Shown here piece after piece: positions 8,724-19,238 of a stretch of DNA of 64,000 nucleotides. The notes under the pieces are model-generated. The model made no database searches. It saw only the letters and a program-made list of their open reading frames with translations, and was not told the origin of the DNA. Position numbers and translations under genes: made by a program. Every line of letters starts with the position of its first letter. Position 1 is the stretch's first letter. The stretch is from Candidatus Parcubacteria bacterium (GTDB taxonomy: Bacteria; Patescibacteriota; Minisyncoccia; Phycocordibacterales; CAIJYI01), in assembly GCA_026395595.1 (NCBI GenBank), contig JAPLYL010000006.1, positions 12,146 to 76,145 of the forward strand, read 5' to 3'.

Positions 8724-9185
8724 TTACTTATCCGGGCAAACTGACTTGTCTATTATGGCTTGAGAAAAGGCAATGTCGCCGATCGTCCAGATATGCATGG
8801 TGGCAAACTTATCATAATCGCCGTTTGCAAGTTTTTCATCATTCCATTGACATTCTGTTTCAACGGCTTCGCCGGTTACGGTTATCGCTTCCTTTATTGC
8901 GGCCGATTGGTTTTTTTGAGCGGTTATTACTATTCTTGTCGGCGGAACAGGAATGGCAATTTCATTTTTTCCGACCTGAACCGGGTTAATTTCCGGAATC
9001 GCTACCGTTGAAGCGGAAGCGGGTTTTACTTGATTCGCAGGATCTGGATACTGCACAAAAATGCCTGCTGCAGAAATTAAAATTAAGACGAAGATAATGG
9101 CCGTCAAGATGATAGATAATGAGTTAATGCGATGTTTTTGTTTACTTTCCATTTTTTCTTCCTTTGTATCGCCGTGGTCCGCCAT
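8724..9185 (-). CDS. hypothetical membrane-anchored protein
   Basis: ORF with one TM helix; AAGGAAG upstream of the start. Confidence 0.5.
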   Translation of the reverse strand: MADHGDTKEEKMESKQKHRINSLSIILTAIIFVLILISAAGIFVQYPDPANQVKPASASTVAIPEINPVQVGKNEIAIPVPPTRIVITAQKNQSAAIKEAITVTGEAVETECQWNDEKLANGDYDKFATMHIWTIGDIAFSQAIIDKSVCPDK

Positions 9186-9259
9186 TTGACGGACGAAGAC
9201 CTGTTTTTCAGGAACATTGACTGGTTAATACCTTAACAACAAAAATAACCTTTGTCAAT

Positions 9260-9288
9260 TTGAAACATAAACAAAAGCGGTGTATAAT
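9260..9288 (+). promoter_or_regulatory. sigma70-like promoter of the atp operon (TTGAAA-17-TATAAT); predicts a leaderless or near-leaderless atpB
   Basis: Hexamers at 9260-9265 and 9283-9288; ATG at 9298 lies ~10 nt after the -10 element with no Shine-Dalgarno. Confidence 0.5.
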
Positions 9289-9297
9289 TTTCGCATT

Positions 9298-10026
9298 ATG
9301 CACGTTAGTGTTGCAGCAGAACAAATCTTTTCCGTCTTCGGAATACCTGTCTCAAATACCATGCTTACCGCATGGGTAGCGATTTTTCTTCTGGCTATTT
9401 CTTCGTATTTTGCGACTCGTCACATGAGAAAGATTCCGAGCGGAATTCAAAATTTCTATGAGTGGGCTATTGAATCGCTTTTGGGGTTGATGGAGGGTTT
9501 TATGGGCGACAGAAAACAAACTCTCAAAATTTTCCCGCTCGCCGCCACGTTTTTCTTCTTTATTTTGGTATCCAACTGGATGGGGCTTTTGCCCGGTTTC
9601 GGAAGCATCGGTCTTTTTGAAGAAGGAAATCTCATCCCGTTTTTCCGAAGCGCGACCGCCGATTTGAATACCACGCTTGCTTTTGCCATGATTTCGGTGA
9701 TTATTATTCAGATATCCGGCGTTATGGCGCTCGGATTTTTTCATTACGGAAAAAAGTTCATCAATTTCAGCAGCCCCATCAATTTCTTCGTCGGACTTCT
9801 TGAGCTTATTTCAGAATTTGCGAAAATCATTTCTTTTTCGTTCCGTCTTTTCGGAAGCGTTTTTGCCGGCGAAGTATTGTTGACCATTATCACCGGACTT
9901 GTCCCGTATGTCGTCCCCCTGCCATTTCTCGGGCTTGAGCTCTTCTTTGGAGGAATTCAAGCTCTCGTTTTTGTCTTGCTGACCGTCGTATTCATCAAGA
10001 TAGCCACGACTGAAATGGCTCACTGA
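9298..10026 (+). CDS. atpB: F0F1 ATP synthase subunit a
   Basis: FRLFGSVFAGEVLL motif (essential Arg region); multi-TM; track ORF starts at GTG 9280, ATG 9298 preferred. Confidence 0.8.
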   Translation: MHVSVAAEQIFSVFGIPVSNTMLTAWVAIFLLAISSYFATRHMRKIPSGIQNFYEWAIESLLGLMEGFMGDRKQTLKIFPLAATFFFFILVSNWMGLLPGFGSIGLFEEGNLIPFFRSATADLNTTLAFAMISVIIIQISGVMALGFFHYGKKFINFSSPINFFVGLLELISEFAKIISFSFRLFGSVFAGEVLLTIITGLVPYVVPLPFLGLELFFGGIQALVFVLLTVVFIKIATTEMAH

Positions 10027-10122
10027 TGCATTTCCGGAGGAAATGCCATCTGACACAGAGAGTGAAGCGAACGATGTTTAAATAGTTTATAAAATTATAA
10101 GTAATAGATAATAATAAATAAT

Positions 10123-10338
10123 ATGGAATTAAAATTTGTAGGTATCGGATTGGCAATTGGTCTTGCTTCTATTGCCGCAGGTTTGGGAATTGGAAAAATC
10201 GTTACTCAAGCCATTGAATCAACAGGAAGAAATCCTGAAGCTCACGGAAAGATCTTCAACATGATGATCTTGGGCGCCGCCTTGACCGAAGCGCTCGCGA
10301 TTTACGCGCTCGTTTTGTCATTCATGATGCTCAAATAG
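10123..10338 (+). CDS. atpE: F0F1 ATP synthase subunit c
   Basis: 71-aa two-helix proteolipid with a conserved carboxylate (LTEALAIYALV). Confidence 0.85.
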   Translation: MELKFVGIGLAIGLASIAAGLGIGKIVTQAIESTGRNPEAHGKIFNMMILGAALTEALAIYALVLSFMMLK

Positions 10339-10364
10339 TTTTTAGATTTTTAACGTAATTTTGT

Positions 10365-10856
10365 ATGGAAGCCCTGAAAAATTTCGGAGTGAACTGGCCG
10401 TTTTTTATCGCCCAGCTCGTCAATTTCGCCATATTGTTTTTCTTGCTCAAACGGTTTCTTTACAAACCGATTTTGGACATGCTGGAAAAACGGCGCATAG
10501 AAATTGAAGAAGGTCTCGCTCATGCAAAAAAAATGGGAGAGGACGCCAAGAAATTTGATGCGGAACACGCGGAGCTTTTTCAGAAAGCAAAAAAAGAGGC
10601 TCAGGCTATTGTTGAAAATGCAGTTCATTCAGGAGAAAAGATACGCGACGGCATTATGAAAGATGCAACGGCAAAGTCTCAAGAAATGACGGATGCCGCT
10701 CTGCTCCGTATTGAAGAAGAAAAAAGAAAAATGCTCGGCGAGGTAAAATCCGAGGTATTTGGTCTCGCTTCTTCTCTTGCGGAAAAAATTCTGCGAGAAA
10801 AAATGGATAGTGCTCACGATAAAAAATTCATTGAAGGGCTGATGAACGAAAAATAA
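10365..10856 (+). CDS. atpF: F0F1 ATP synthase subunit b
   Basis: N-terminal TM helix and long charged helix; position in the operon. Confidence 0.75.
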   Translation: MEALKNFGVNWPFFIAQLVNFAILFFLLKRFLYKPILDMLEKRRIEIEEGLAHAKKMGEDAKKFDAEHAELFQKAKKEAQAIVENAVHSGEKIRDGIMKDATAKSQEMTDAALLRIEEEKRKMLGEVKSEVFGLASSLAEKILREKMDSAHDKKFIEGLMNEK

Positions 10857-10869
10857 CAAAAAGTATTCT

Positions 10870-11250
10870 ATGGATAAAACCACCCTTTATGCAAAAGCGT
10901 TTTTGGAAAGTATTCGCGGAATCCCTGCGTCCAAACTTTCGCCTGCACTCAGCCGTTTGAAAGCATTGCTGAAAAAAAAAGAGGAATCCCGTCTCTATCC
11001 GAGGATATTGAAAAAAGTCGTTGCTCTTCTTGAATACGAAAGTAATGCGGTCATTACTTCCGCCCGTCCAATGAACGAATCTCTCCAAACTCAAGTTCTC
11101 AAAAAATTAAAAAAGAATTTTCCCAACATTTCCGACCACGATATTCAGTTTGAAATCAATGAAAAAATAATCGGAGGCGTTTCCATTGCCTATCAAGATT
11201 TTCTCTTTGACGGTACGATTAAAACAGTCCTCAAAAAATTAATAAAATAA
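10870..11250 (+). CDS. atpH: F0F1 ATP synthase subunit delta (OSCP), short form
   Basis: Operon position between b and alpha; C-terminal OSCP-like region; 126 aa is short. Confidence 0.6.
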   Translation: MDKTTLYAKAFLESIRGIPASKLSPALSRLKALLKKKEESRLYPRILKKVVALLEYESNAVITSARPMNESLQTQVLKKLKKNFPNISDHDIQFEINEKIIGGVSIAYQDFLFDGTIKTVLKKLIK

Positions 11251-11255
11251 AAACC

Positions 11256-12755
11256 ATGAATAGCGCAAAAAACATAATAGACGCATTAAAGAAAGAGCTT
11301 GAAGGGGGCAAGGTGGAGGCTGGTTTTGAAAACGTCGGCCGTGTCATGGAAATAAAAGACGGCATCGCTCGCGTCTCAGGACTTTCACAGTGCTTCTACT
11401 CTGAGCTTTTGGAGTTTGATAACGGAGTTCTCGGCATGGCTCTCAGTCTTGAAGAAGATTCTGTCGGTGTCATTGTGCTTGGCGACTATTCTCATATTAA
11501 AGAAGGTAGCACTGTAAAAACTACCGGTACTATCGCCAGCATTCCTGTTTCTGACAGCCTGCTTGGTCGTGTCATTGATCCGCTTGGAGCGCCGCAAGAC
11601 GGCAGAGAAAAAATACCTTCTACTAAACGCTATCCGATTGAGAAAATCGCCGCCGGTGTTATTGAAAGAAAGGCCGTATCACAACCGATTGAAACCGGTA
11701 TCCGCGCTATTGATGCGCTCATTCCGATTGGTCGCGGTCAGCGCGAACTCATTATCGGCGACCGCCAGACAGGAAAAACGGCCATCGCTGTTGATACCAT
11801 CATCAACCAGAAAGGAAAGAACGTCATCTGTATTTATGTGGCGATTGGACAGAAAGAATCAAAGACTGCAAAAATTGTCGCCGAATTCAAAAAATCCGGC
11901 GCGATGGAACACACGATTGTCGTAAACGCTTCTGCCGCCATGCCCGCTTCACTCCAGTACATCGCTCCGTTTTCTGCATCAGCTATTGCGGAATACTTTA
12001 TGGATCAAGGCAAAGATGTACTCGTTGTGTACGATGATCTTTCAAAACACGCGTGGTCGTATCGCGAGATTTCGCTTTTGCTTCGCCGTCCCCCAGGCCG
12101 TGAAGCTTACCCGGGAGATGTATTCTATTTGCATTCCCGTTTACTGGAACGATCTGCTCGACGTGACGAAAAATATGGAGGCGGTTCCATTACGGCTCTC
12201 CCAATTATTGAAACCCAGCAAGGCGACGTTTCCGCCTACATTCCGACGAATGTCATTTCCATCACTGACGGACAAATTTATCTGGATACTGACCTCTTTT
12301 ATGCCGGCACGCGCCCCGCGCTCAACGTCGGACTCTCTGTTTCCCGTGTCGGAGCAACCGCTCAAACGAAATCCATGAAGCAATTCGCTGGAAAACTTCG
12401 CCTTGACCTCGCCCAATTCCGCGAGCTCGCCGCCTTTGCTCAATTTGAAGGCGACTTGGATGAAGGCACCAAAAACCAAATCGCCAGAGGTCGTCGCTTA
12501 ACCGAACTCCTGAAACAAGGCCAATACGCGCCTCAATCTCTTCCCAGACAAGTCGTCGGCATCTTCGCCGTAACCCAAGGTTTCGCTGATAATATTGAAC
12601 CCAAAAATGTCTTCGCCTTTGACGAAAACTTATTCCGCTACATGGAAGATAAAGGCAAACACATCATTGCAGAAATTGAAAAAGGAGAAAAATTAAACGA
12701 TGAAACGCAGGAGAAGTTAAAAGAACTTATTTTAGCATTTAAAGAGATGATATAA
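11256..12755 (+). CDS. atpA: F0F1 ATP synthase subunit alpha
   Basis: Walker [12 protein letters not shown]; highly conserved alpha sequence. Confidence 0.95.
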   Translation: MNSAKNIIDALKKELEGGKVEAGFENVGRVMEIKDGIARVSGLSQCFYSELLEFDNGVLGMALSLEEDSVGVIVLGDYSHIKEGSTVKTTGTIASIPVSDSLLGRVIDPLGAPQDGREKIPSTKRYPIEKIAAGVIERKAVSQPIETGIRAIDALIPIGRGQRELIIGDRQTGKTAIAVDTIINQKGKNVICIYVAIGQKESKTAKIVAEFKKSGAMEHTIVVNASAAMPASLQYIAPFSASAIAEYFMDQGKDVLVVYDDLSKHAWSYREISLLLRRPPGREAYPGDVFYLHSRLLERSARRDEKYGGGSITALPIIETQQGDVSAYIPTNVISITDGQIYLDTDLFYAGTRPALNVGLSVSRVGATAQTKSMKQFAGKLRLDLAQFRELAAFAQFEGDLDEGTKNQIARGRRLTELLKQGQYAPQSLPRQVVGIFAVTQGFADNIEPKNVFAFDENLFRYMEDKGKHIIAEIEKGEKLNDETQEKLKELILAFKEMI

Positions 12756-12807
12756 AAAAACGCCCTCACATCACAAAAATGGTGTGAGGGCAAGCATAAA
12801 TTAAGAT

Positions 12808-12960
12808 TTAAGGCCTCATAAATTCGCTATGTAGTAGAAATTCAAAGGTTAACCCCAAAACACCAACGATGAGTAATAGCCAATTTAATATGTACACAAA
12901 TTCTGGAAAAATAAAAAGGAAACCAGAAAAAACAATTAGTAAAAGATAAAATTTGCACAT
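12808..12960 (-). CDS. antisense small hydrophobic ORF (50 aa) between atpA and atpG
   Basis: ATG preceded by GGAGGTGG at 4-nt spacing; MCKFYLLLIVFSGFLFIF... single TM; not in ORF track (<60 aa). Confidence 0.3.
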   Translation of the reverse strand: MCKFYLLLIVFSGFLFIFPEFVYILNWLLLIVGVLGLTFEFLLHSEFMRP

Positions 12961-13046
12961 ATTACCACCTCCAACAATGAACTAAAAAACTTATTTAAGT
13001 AAAACATATCATATATAAATAGTCAAGATTTCTTTTTTTAAAAACC

Positions 13047-13952
13047 ATGCCAAGCACACGAGATATTAAACGCCGAATAAAGTTGATCCAAACCACGAGT
13101 CAAATAACTCGGGCTATGGAACTTGTGGCTGCGACGAAGATGAAACGTGCCGAAGCGGAGGCTCGCGGGTCTCAGCCGTATTCTGCTCGTGGACGAAAAA
13201 TTCTGCGCGCTCTTATGGAACACTCCGATACCGATGTTTCTCCTTTTTTGAAAACCAACGAAAAAGGAAAAATTCTTGTGCTTATCATCACTCCCGACCG
13301 CGGTCTCTGCGGCGCTCTCGCCGGTAATGTGGTCAGAGAAGCGAATCTTTTGCTTTCAAAATATGATAAAGAAGAAATCGATGTCATGACCATCGGGAAA
13401 TTGGGCCAAGACACTTTTCGTCGCCAAGGATTTAATATCATCGCTACCGCTACCCACTTAGATTGGAAACCGAAGATTTTTGATATCAGGCCTTTTGCCA
13501 AAATTGCGCTTGACGGATATTTCGCCGAAAAATATCGTCGCGTCTATCTTATTTTTAATCACTTTATCTCCAGCTCTTCCACTCGTCCTGCCATACGATG
13601 GCTTTTTCCGTTCTCTCCCGTCGAGTCCGAAGACGCTGAATTTTTACAAAAAATAGAACCATTCCCGCTCGGGCCAAAAGAAGACACTCATGCCAGCGAA
13701 TCATTTGAATATCTTTTTGAACCATCGCCCGCAAAAGTTCTCCCGTTTATTATCCGCAACCTCGTAGAAATGGAAATGTACCAAGCCCTTCTGGATTCCA
13801 ATGCTTCCGAACATTCCGCCCGCATGATAGCCATGCACTCCGCCACGGAAAATGCCAAAGAACTGGTAGACGACCTCTCTCTCACTTTCAATCAGATGCG
13901 CCAAGAGGGAATAACGAGGGAATTGGCCGAAATTAGCGCAAGTAATGCGTAA
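13047..13952 (+). CDS. atpG: F0F1 ATP synthase subunit gamma
   Basis: N-terminus MPSTRDIKRRIKLIQTTSQITRAMELVAATKMKRAE is canonical gamma. Confidence 0.9.
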   Translation: MPSTRDIKRRIKLIQTTSQITRAMELVAATKMKRAEAEARGSQPYSARGRKILRALMEHSDTDVSPFLKTNEKGKILVLIITPDRGLCGALAGNVVREANLLLSKYDKEEIDVMTIGKLGQDTFRRQGFNIIATATHLDWKPKIFDIRPFAKIALDGYFAEKYRRVYLIFNHFISSSSTRPAIRWLFPFSPVESEDAEFLQKIEPFPLGPKEDTHASESFEYLFEPSPAKVLPFIIRNLVEMEMYQALLDSNASEHSARMIAMHSATENAKELVDDLSLTFNQMRQEGITRELAEISASNA

Positions 13953-13954
13953 AA

Positions 13955-14365
13955 ATGATTTACGATTTAAGATTTATGAATGACGACGACAAAAAAATAC
14001 GGGAATTTACTGATTTGAATGCTTGGAAAGAATCTCATAAAATTGTATTGCTAACATACGCAATAACAAAAACATTCCCAAAAACAGAAACATTCGGTTT
14101 ACAAAGTCAGATGCAACGAGCAGTAATTTCAATAACATCAAATATTGCAGAAGGATTTGGAAGACAAGGTTATAAAGAAAAAATACAATTTTATTACATG
14201 GCGCAAGGTTCGTTAACGGAATTAAAAAATCAATATATTGCCGCAAAAGATATAGGATATATGGATGTAAAAGAGTATGAAAAAGTATTGGATCAGATGA
14301 ATATAGCCCATAGAGTCCTTCAGGGTTTAATAACAAAATCAAAAACTTTCATAAATCATAAATAG
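13955..14365 (+). CDS. four-helix-bundle protein (23S rRNA intervening-sequence protein family, TIGR02436/PF05635-like), inserted between atpG and atpD
   Basis: AWKESHKIVLLTYAITKTFPKTETFGLQSQMQRAVISITSNIAEGFGR...QFYYMAQGSLTELKNQ matches the family signature; alternative start ATG 13976. Confidence 0.8.
   Translation: MIYDLRFMNDDDKKIREFTDLNAWKESHKIVLLTYAITKTFPKTETFGLQSQMQRAVISITSNIAEGFGRQGYKEKIQFYYMAQGSLTELKNQYIAAKDIGYMDVKEYEKVLDQMNIAHRVLQGLITKSKTFINHK
13957..13979 (+). repeat. tandem heptamers GATTTAC/GATTTAA/GATTTAT, the inverted partner of 14380-14411
   Basis: Its reverse complement CATAAATCTTAAATCGTAAATC matches the downstream CTTAAATCATAAATC (14 of 15). Confidence 0.55.
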
Positions 14366-14379
14366 TCGTCTATATTCCT

Positions 14380-15782
<1,403 letters not shown>

Positions 15783-15833
15783 GGTTTTAGGTTTTAGATT
15801 GACGACGTTGACAAATAAGCACTGAGCGGAATC

Positions 15834-15948
15834 AAGGGCAGTCCTTGAGGAGGAGTGTAGCGAAGCGAAACGACGGGGCGACCTGAATTTTAACGACCGG
15901 AGGGAGTATAAAATTGGAAGTACTCTTGTGGTGAAAGAACTGCCCTTG
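15834..15948 (+). repeat. diverged copy (C) of a structured repeat element; 9-bp closing stem CAAGGGCAG/CTGCCCTTG
   Basis: Core GAGGAGGAGTGTAGCGAAGCGAAACGACGGGG homologous to copies at 51859-51960 and 61525-61626; flanked by an 11-bp direct repeat GTTTTAGATTG (15791-15801 and 16018-16028). Confidence 0.5.
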
Positions 15949-16009
15949 GTGCAGCGGGCTTAAAAAAATCGCCCCCGCCGTAAAAACGGAAAAAAAAAGA
16001 TTTATTTAG

Positions 16010-16165
16010 TTACTTTTGTTTTAGATTGTTAGCCCCCACTTTGTAAGAGTAACTCCGTAAATAACCAAAAAAGATTACCGAGACGATAACACCTGCCACT
16101 AAGGAATACATATACAAAGATGACAAGCCGAGAAGAACAATGATTGCAATTAAACTTTCTTTCAT
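16010..16165 (-). CDS. small hydrophobic ORF (51 aa)
   Basis: GGAG 8 nt upstream of ATG; MKESLIAIIVLLGLSSLYMYSLVAGVIVSVIFFGY...; not in ORF track. Confidence 0.25.
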   Translation of the reverse strand: MKESLIAIIVLLGLSSLYMYSLVAGVIVSVIFFGYLRSYSYKVGANNLKQK

Positions 16166-16271
16166 GACACATTCTCCAATTAATTAATGAAAAAACTCCT
16201 GTAAAAAATCCTAACGCCATATATATAATTTATTATTACTTGTCAAGTATCTTAATAGAATCTAAAAACGA

Positions 16272-16676
16272 ATGAAAAAAGATTTTCAAAAATGGCATGC
16301 ACGAAAAGAAAAGCTGAACGAAAAAGAAAATCGTTTGTTTTTTCATGTTCGCGAAATATGGTATTGTTCGCTTGGCGCAAATGTCGGTTTTGAAACAGAC
16401 GGAAAGGGCGAGGATTTTTTGCGTCCCGTCGTTATCGTGAGAAAGTTTAATAATGAAATTTTTTGGGCTGTTCCGCTTACCAAATCAAAAAAACCGATTC
16501 CTAAAAAAACTGAAAAATATTATTTTGCTTTTTCTTTTGTTCCGGAAGTAAAAAGTTTGGCGGTGTTGTCGCAGTTACGGCTTGTTGATGCGTCTCGTTT
16601 GGCTCGTCATGTCGGAGAAATAAACGAAGCGGAGTTTGGGGAATTAACAAAAAAGCTCAAGGCATTGCTGCCATGA
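16272..16676 (+). CDS. MazF/PemK-family endoribonuclease toxin-like protein, inserted between atpD and atpC
   Basis: REIWYCSLGANVGFETDGKGEDFLRPVVIVRKFNNEIFWAVPLTKSKK... aligns with the PemK/MazF pattern GEIWLVSLDPTAGHEQQGTRPVLIV...VVPVTS; C-terminal LVDASRLARHVGEINEAEFGEL matches too. Confidence 0.6.
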   Translation: MKKDFQKWHARKEKLNEKENRLFFHVREIWYCSLGANVGFETDGKGEDFLRPVVIVRKFNNEIFWAVPLTKSKKPIPKKTEKYYFAFSFVPEVKSLAVLSQLRLVDASRLARHVGEINEAEFGELTKKLKALLP

Positions 16677-16809
16677 ACCTTTTTGTTTTTTTCCTCTGTC
16701 TTGCGACAGAGTAGGGCCGAAGCCATTTGTACGTTTATTATAAGCGAATCAGCTATAAAAGTCAAATTGTTTCGTTTATATTTTTAATATCCTAAATCTT
16801 AAATCATTC

Positions 16810-17244
16810 ATGAAAAACTTTCGCCTAAAAATAATAACGCAAGAAGAAGTGCTTTTGGAAACGGAAGTGGAATCTTTATATGTAACGACTATAGACGGCG
16901 ACATCAATGTTCTTCCTCACCACACACCATATGTCAGCGTGCTTAAACCATCCGAAGTCATTATCAAAAAAGACGGCAAAGAAGAATCATTTGCCTGCAC
17001 GGGCGGAATTCTGGAAGTTACTCCCGAGAAAGTGGTTATCTTGGCTGATTCCGCCGTGCGTACTGATCAAATAGATGAAGAGGAAGCTTTGAAAGTAAAA
17101 GAACGAGCCGAAAGCATCATGGCGGAGAAACTGGAAAACCGAGAAAACGCCGAAGCCATGCTCGCTCTGGAAAAAGCCCTCCTTCATCTCCGTGTCGCCC
17201 AAAAAAGAAAACGACATATCCCGCATTCATCTGAAATGAAATAA
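16810..17244 (+). CDS. atpC: F0F1 ATP synthase subunit epsilon
   Basis: N-terminal beta-sandwich region (ILEVTPEKVVILADSAVRTDQIDEEEA) and C-terminal helices; terminator after. Confidence 0.8.
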   Translation: MKNFRLKIITQEEVLLETEVESLYVTTIDGDINVLPHHTPYVSVLKPSEVIIKKDGKEESFACTGGILEVTPEKVVILADSAVRTDQIDEEEALKVKERAESIMAEKLENRENAEAMLALEKALLHLRVAQKRKRHIPHSSEMK

Positions 17245-17278
17245 AAAAAGCCTCCGATTATATCGGAGGCTTTTACTT
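17245..17278 (+). terminator. rho-independent terminator ending the atp operon
   Basis: GCCTCCGAT-TATA-ATCGGAGGC plus TTTTACTT. Confidence 0.8.
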
Positions 17279-17286
17279 ATCGCTGG

Positions 17287-17412
17287 TTATCTATCTTTTT
17301 TCCCGAAAATTTCTTGGCGAATTACTTCATATATGACCATAGCAAATACTCCGCCGAAAAAAATAATAAGAAGTATCCAGCCCGGATCTTTCATTAACAG
17401 TTCAGATAACAT
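17287..17412 (-). CDS. small membrane peptide ORF (41 aa)
   Basis: AAGGAGAAAAAAC-ATG; MLSELLMKDPGWILLIIFFGGVFAMVIYEV...; not in ORF track. Confidence 0.3.
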   Translation of the reverse strand: MLSELLMKDPGWILLIIFFGGVFAMVIYEVIRQEIFGKKDR

Positions 17413-17537
17413 GTTTTTTCTCCTTGTTGAGATGTAAGTCAAAACCCGTTTTTATAATACCAATTTATCACATTATTGTCAAATTTACCGCAACAATAAA
17501 AACGCCCGCGGTATACCGTGGGCGTTTGACCTGGAAA

Positions 17538-17606
17538 TTATCTTTTTGTCATTTTGTATGACTTGTATGCGAGAAATAATATCCCGCCAATAACTATTAT
17601 CGGCAT
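17538..17606 (-). CDS. micro-ORF (22 aa) with strong Shine-Dalgarno
   Basis: GGAGGATCT-ATG; MPIIVIGGILFLAYKSYKMTKR; a minus-strand terminator hairpin lies at 17499-17527. Confidence 0.2.
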   Translation of the reverse strand: MPIIVIGGILFLAYKSYKMTKR

Positions 17607-17694
17607 AGATCCTCCTAATGAACAACGAGTTTGTGAAAAGCATCTTGCGATGCGGTTTTTACTCTACCAAATATAGAATATCTGTCAAGGGTCT

Positions 17695-17910
17695 TTATTG
17701 CGGATGTATGGCTGTTGCCATAAACAAGAACGCAATAATGAGGACTCCGACCACAATCCAAGCGCCTAACAATGTAAAGAAAGCAATCGCACCGACAAGA
17801 AGCACAAATAGCGAGGGGAGAATATAAAAAATAAAAAACCAAAGGATAAACGGAGATAGTAAAATCCCTAAGAGAATCCACATCAATTTTGATTGCGTAT
17901 TTTGTGTCAT
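17695..17910 (-). CDS. small two-TM membrane protein (71 aa)
   Basis: GGAGGAGG 9 nt upstream of ATG (MTQNTQSKLMWILLGILL...); the track ORF starts 3 codons earlier at GTG. Confidence 0.45.
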   Translation of the reverse strand: MTQNTQSKLMWILLGILLSPFILWFFIFYILPSLFVLLVGAIAFFTLLGAWIVVGVLIIAFLFMATAIHPQ

Positions 17911-18043
17911 AGTGAACACCTCCTCCTAAAAAATAGCATTGATATACTTTTATGTCAATCCCACTTGGCGGTTTCACCGCCAAGTGATAAGTGTGCATAA
18001 GACGGGGTGAAATTAAAAAGAAAATCTAGTATAATAATCTGAT

Positions 18044-19177
18044 ATGAAGATACTATTTACCGGCGGAGGATCGGGCGGACATTTTTATCCGATTATTGCC
18101 ATTGTTGAAGCTATTCACGAAATTGAATCAAAAGAAAGGCTCCTTCCGGCCGATATTTATTTCGCGTCCAACGCTCCTTATGACAAACAACAACTTTTTA
18201 ATCACAACATTTCCTATGTGGAAATAAAAACGGGTAAACGAAGAACGTACTCTTCCATTTTGAATTTTTTTGATATCTTCAAAACGGGTTTTGCGGTCAT
18301 AAAAGCAGTGATAAAATTATTCGCTATCTATCCCGATGTAGTTTTCGGCAAGGGTGGCTTTGCCAGTTTTCCAACCCTCTTCGCGGCGCGGCTCCTTCGT
18401 ATCCCCGTCATTATACATGAATCTGATACCGTACCAGGAAGGGTCAATGTTTGGGCGTCAAAGTTTGCAAAATATGTTGTCATTTCTTATCCCGATGCGG
18501 CAAAATATTTTCCTGCCGACAAAGTCGTCGTAACAGGAAACCCGCTTCGCAAAGAAGCGATGCTTCCCATTACTCAGGGTTCATTCAAATTTCTTGAGCT
18601 TGAAGAGGGGATACCTCTCATACTTGTTATCGGCGGTTCTCAAGGCGCTCAACTTATCAATGAAGTTATTTTAGATGCACTGCCATTGCTTTTGGAAAAA
18701 TACCAAGTCATTCACCAGGTTGGGGAAAAGAACGAGAAAGAAGTAAAAGATAGGCTGGAAGCGATTTTGGGTGGTATACCAAACCGAAACCGCTACAAAA
18801 TGTATCCATACTTAAATGACCTCACTCTTCGCATGTCTGCAGGAGCAGCCGATTTGGTTATTTCCAGAGCCGGTTCAGCTATCTTTGAAATTGCTGCCTG
18901 GAAAAAAGCAAGTATCATAATACCGATAACGGAATCCAACGGAAACCACCAGCAGAAAAATGCTTTCCATTACGCGAGGGAACATGCCGCCGTCGTCGTG
19001 GAAGAAGCAAATCTGACACCCCATGTTCTCATGGAAGAAATTGACCGGATTATCAAAAACCCTGTTTTAAAGAAAAGAATGGAAGAATCAGCAGGGAGGT
19101 TTTCTGAACGCAGCGCCGAGGCGGCCGAAAAGATAGCGCGCCAACTCCTCAAGATATCCCTCAGTCACGAAGCGTAA
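18044..19177 (+). CDS. murG: undecaprenyldiphospho-muramoylpentapeptide beta-N-acetylglucosaminyltransferase
   Basis: N-terminal MKILFTGGGSGGHFYPIIAI glycine loop; GT-B fold length. Confidence 0.8.
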   Translation: MKILFTGGGSGGHFYPIIAIVEAIHEIESKERLLPADIYFASNAPYDKQQLFNHNISYVEIKTGKRRTYSSILNFFDIFKTGFAVIKAVIKLFAIYPDVVFGKGGFASFPTLFAARLLRIPVIIHESDTVPGRVNVWASKFAKYVVISYPDAAKYFPADKVVVTGNPLRKEAMLPITQGSFKFLELEEGIPLILVIGGSQGAQLINEVILDALPLLLEKYQVIHQVGEKNEKEVKDRLEAILGGIPNRNRYKMYPYLNDLTLRMSAGAADLVISRAGSAIFEIAAWKKASIIIPITESNGNHQQKNAFHYAREHAAVVVEEANLTPHVLMEEIDRIIKNPVLKKRMEESAGRFSERSAEAAEKIARQLLKISLSHEA

Positions 19178-19238
19178 AGAAAAGAAATATATTTGACACA
19201 GCAATAAATATGTTGTGCCATTTATTTAGAGAAAACCA

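Noticed and set aside
12771-12801. Hairpin CGCCCTCACATCACAAAAATGGTGTGAGGGC between atpA and atpG as an operon-internal terminator
   Set aside because: There is no T-run after the stem. It is more likely a processing or stability element, or the terminator-like structure for the antisense micro-ORF; it is kept only as part of the atp-operon finding.
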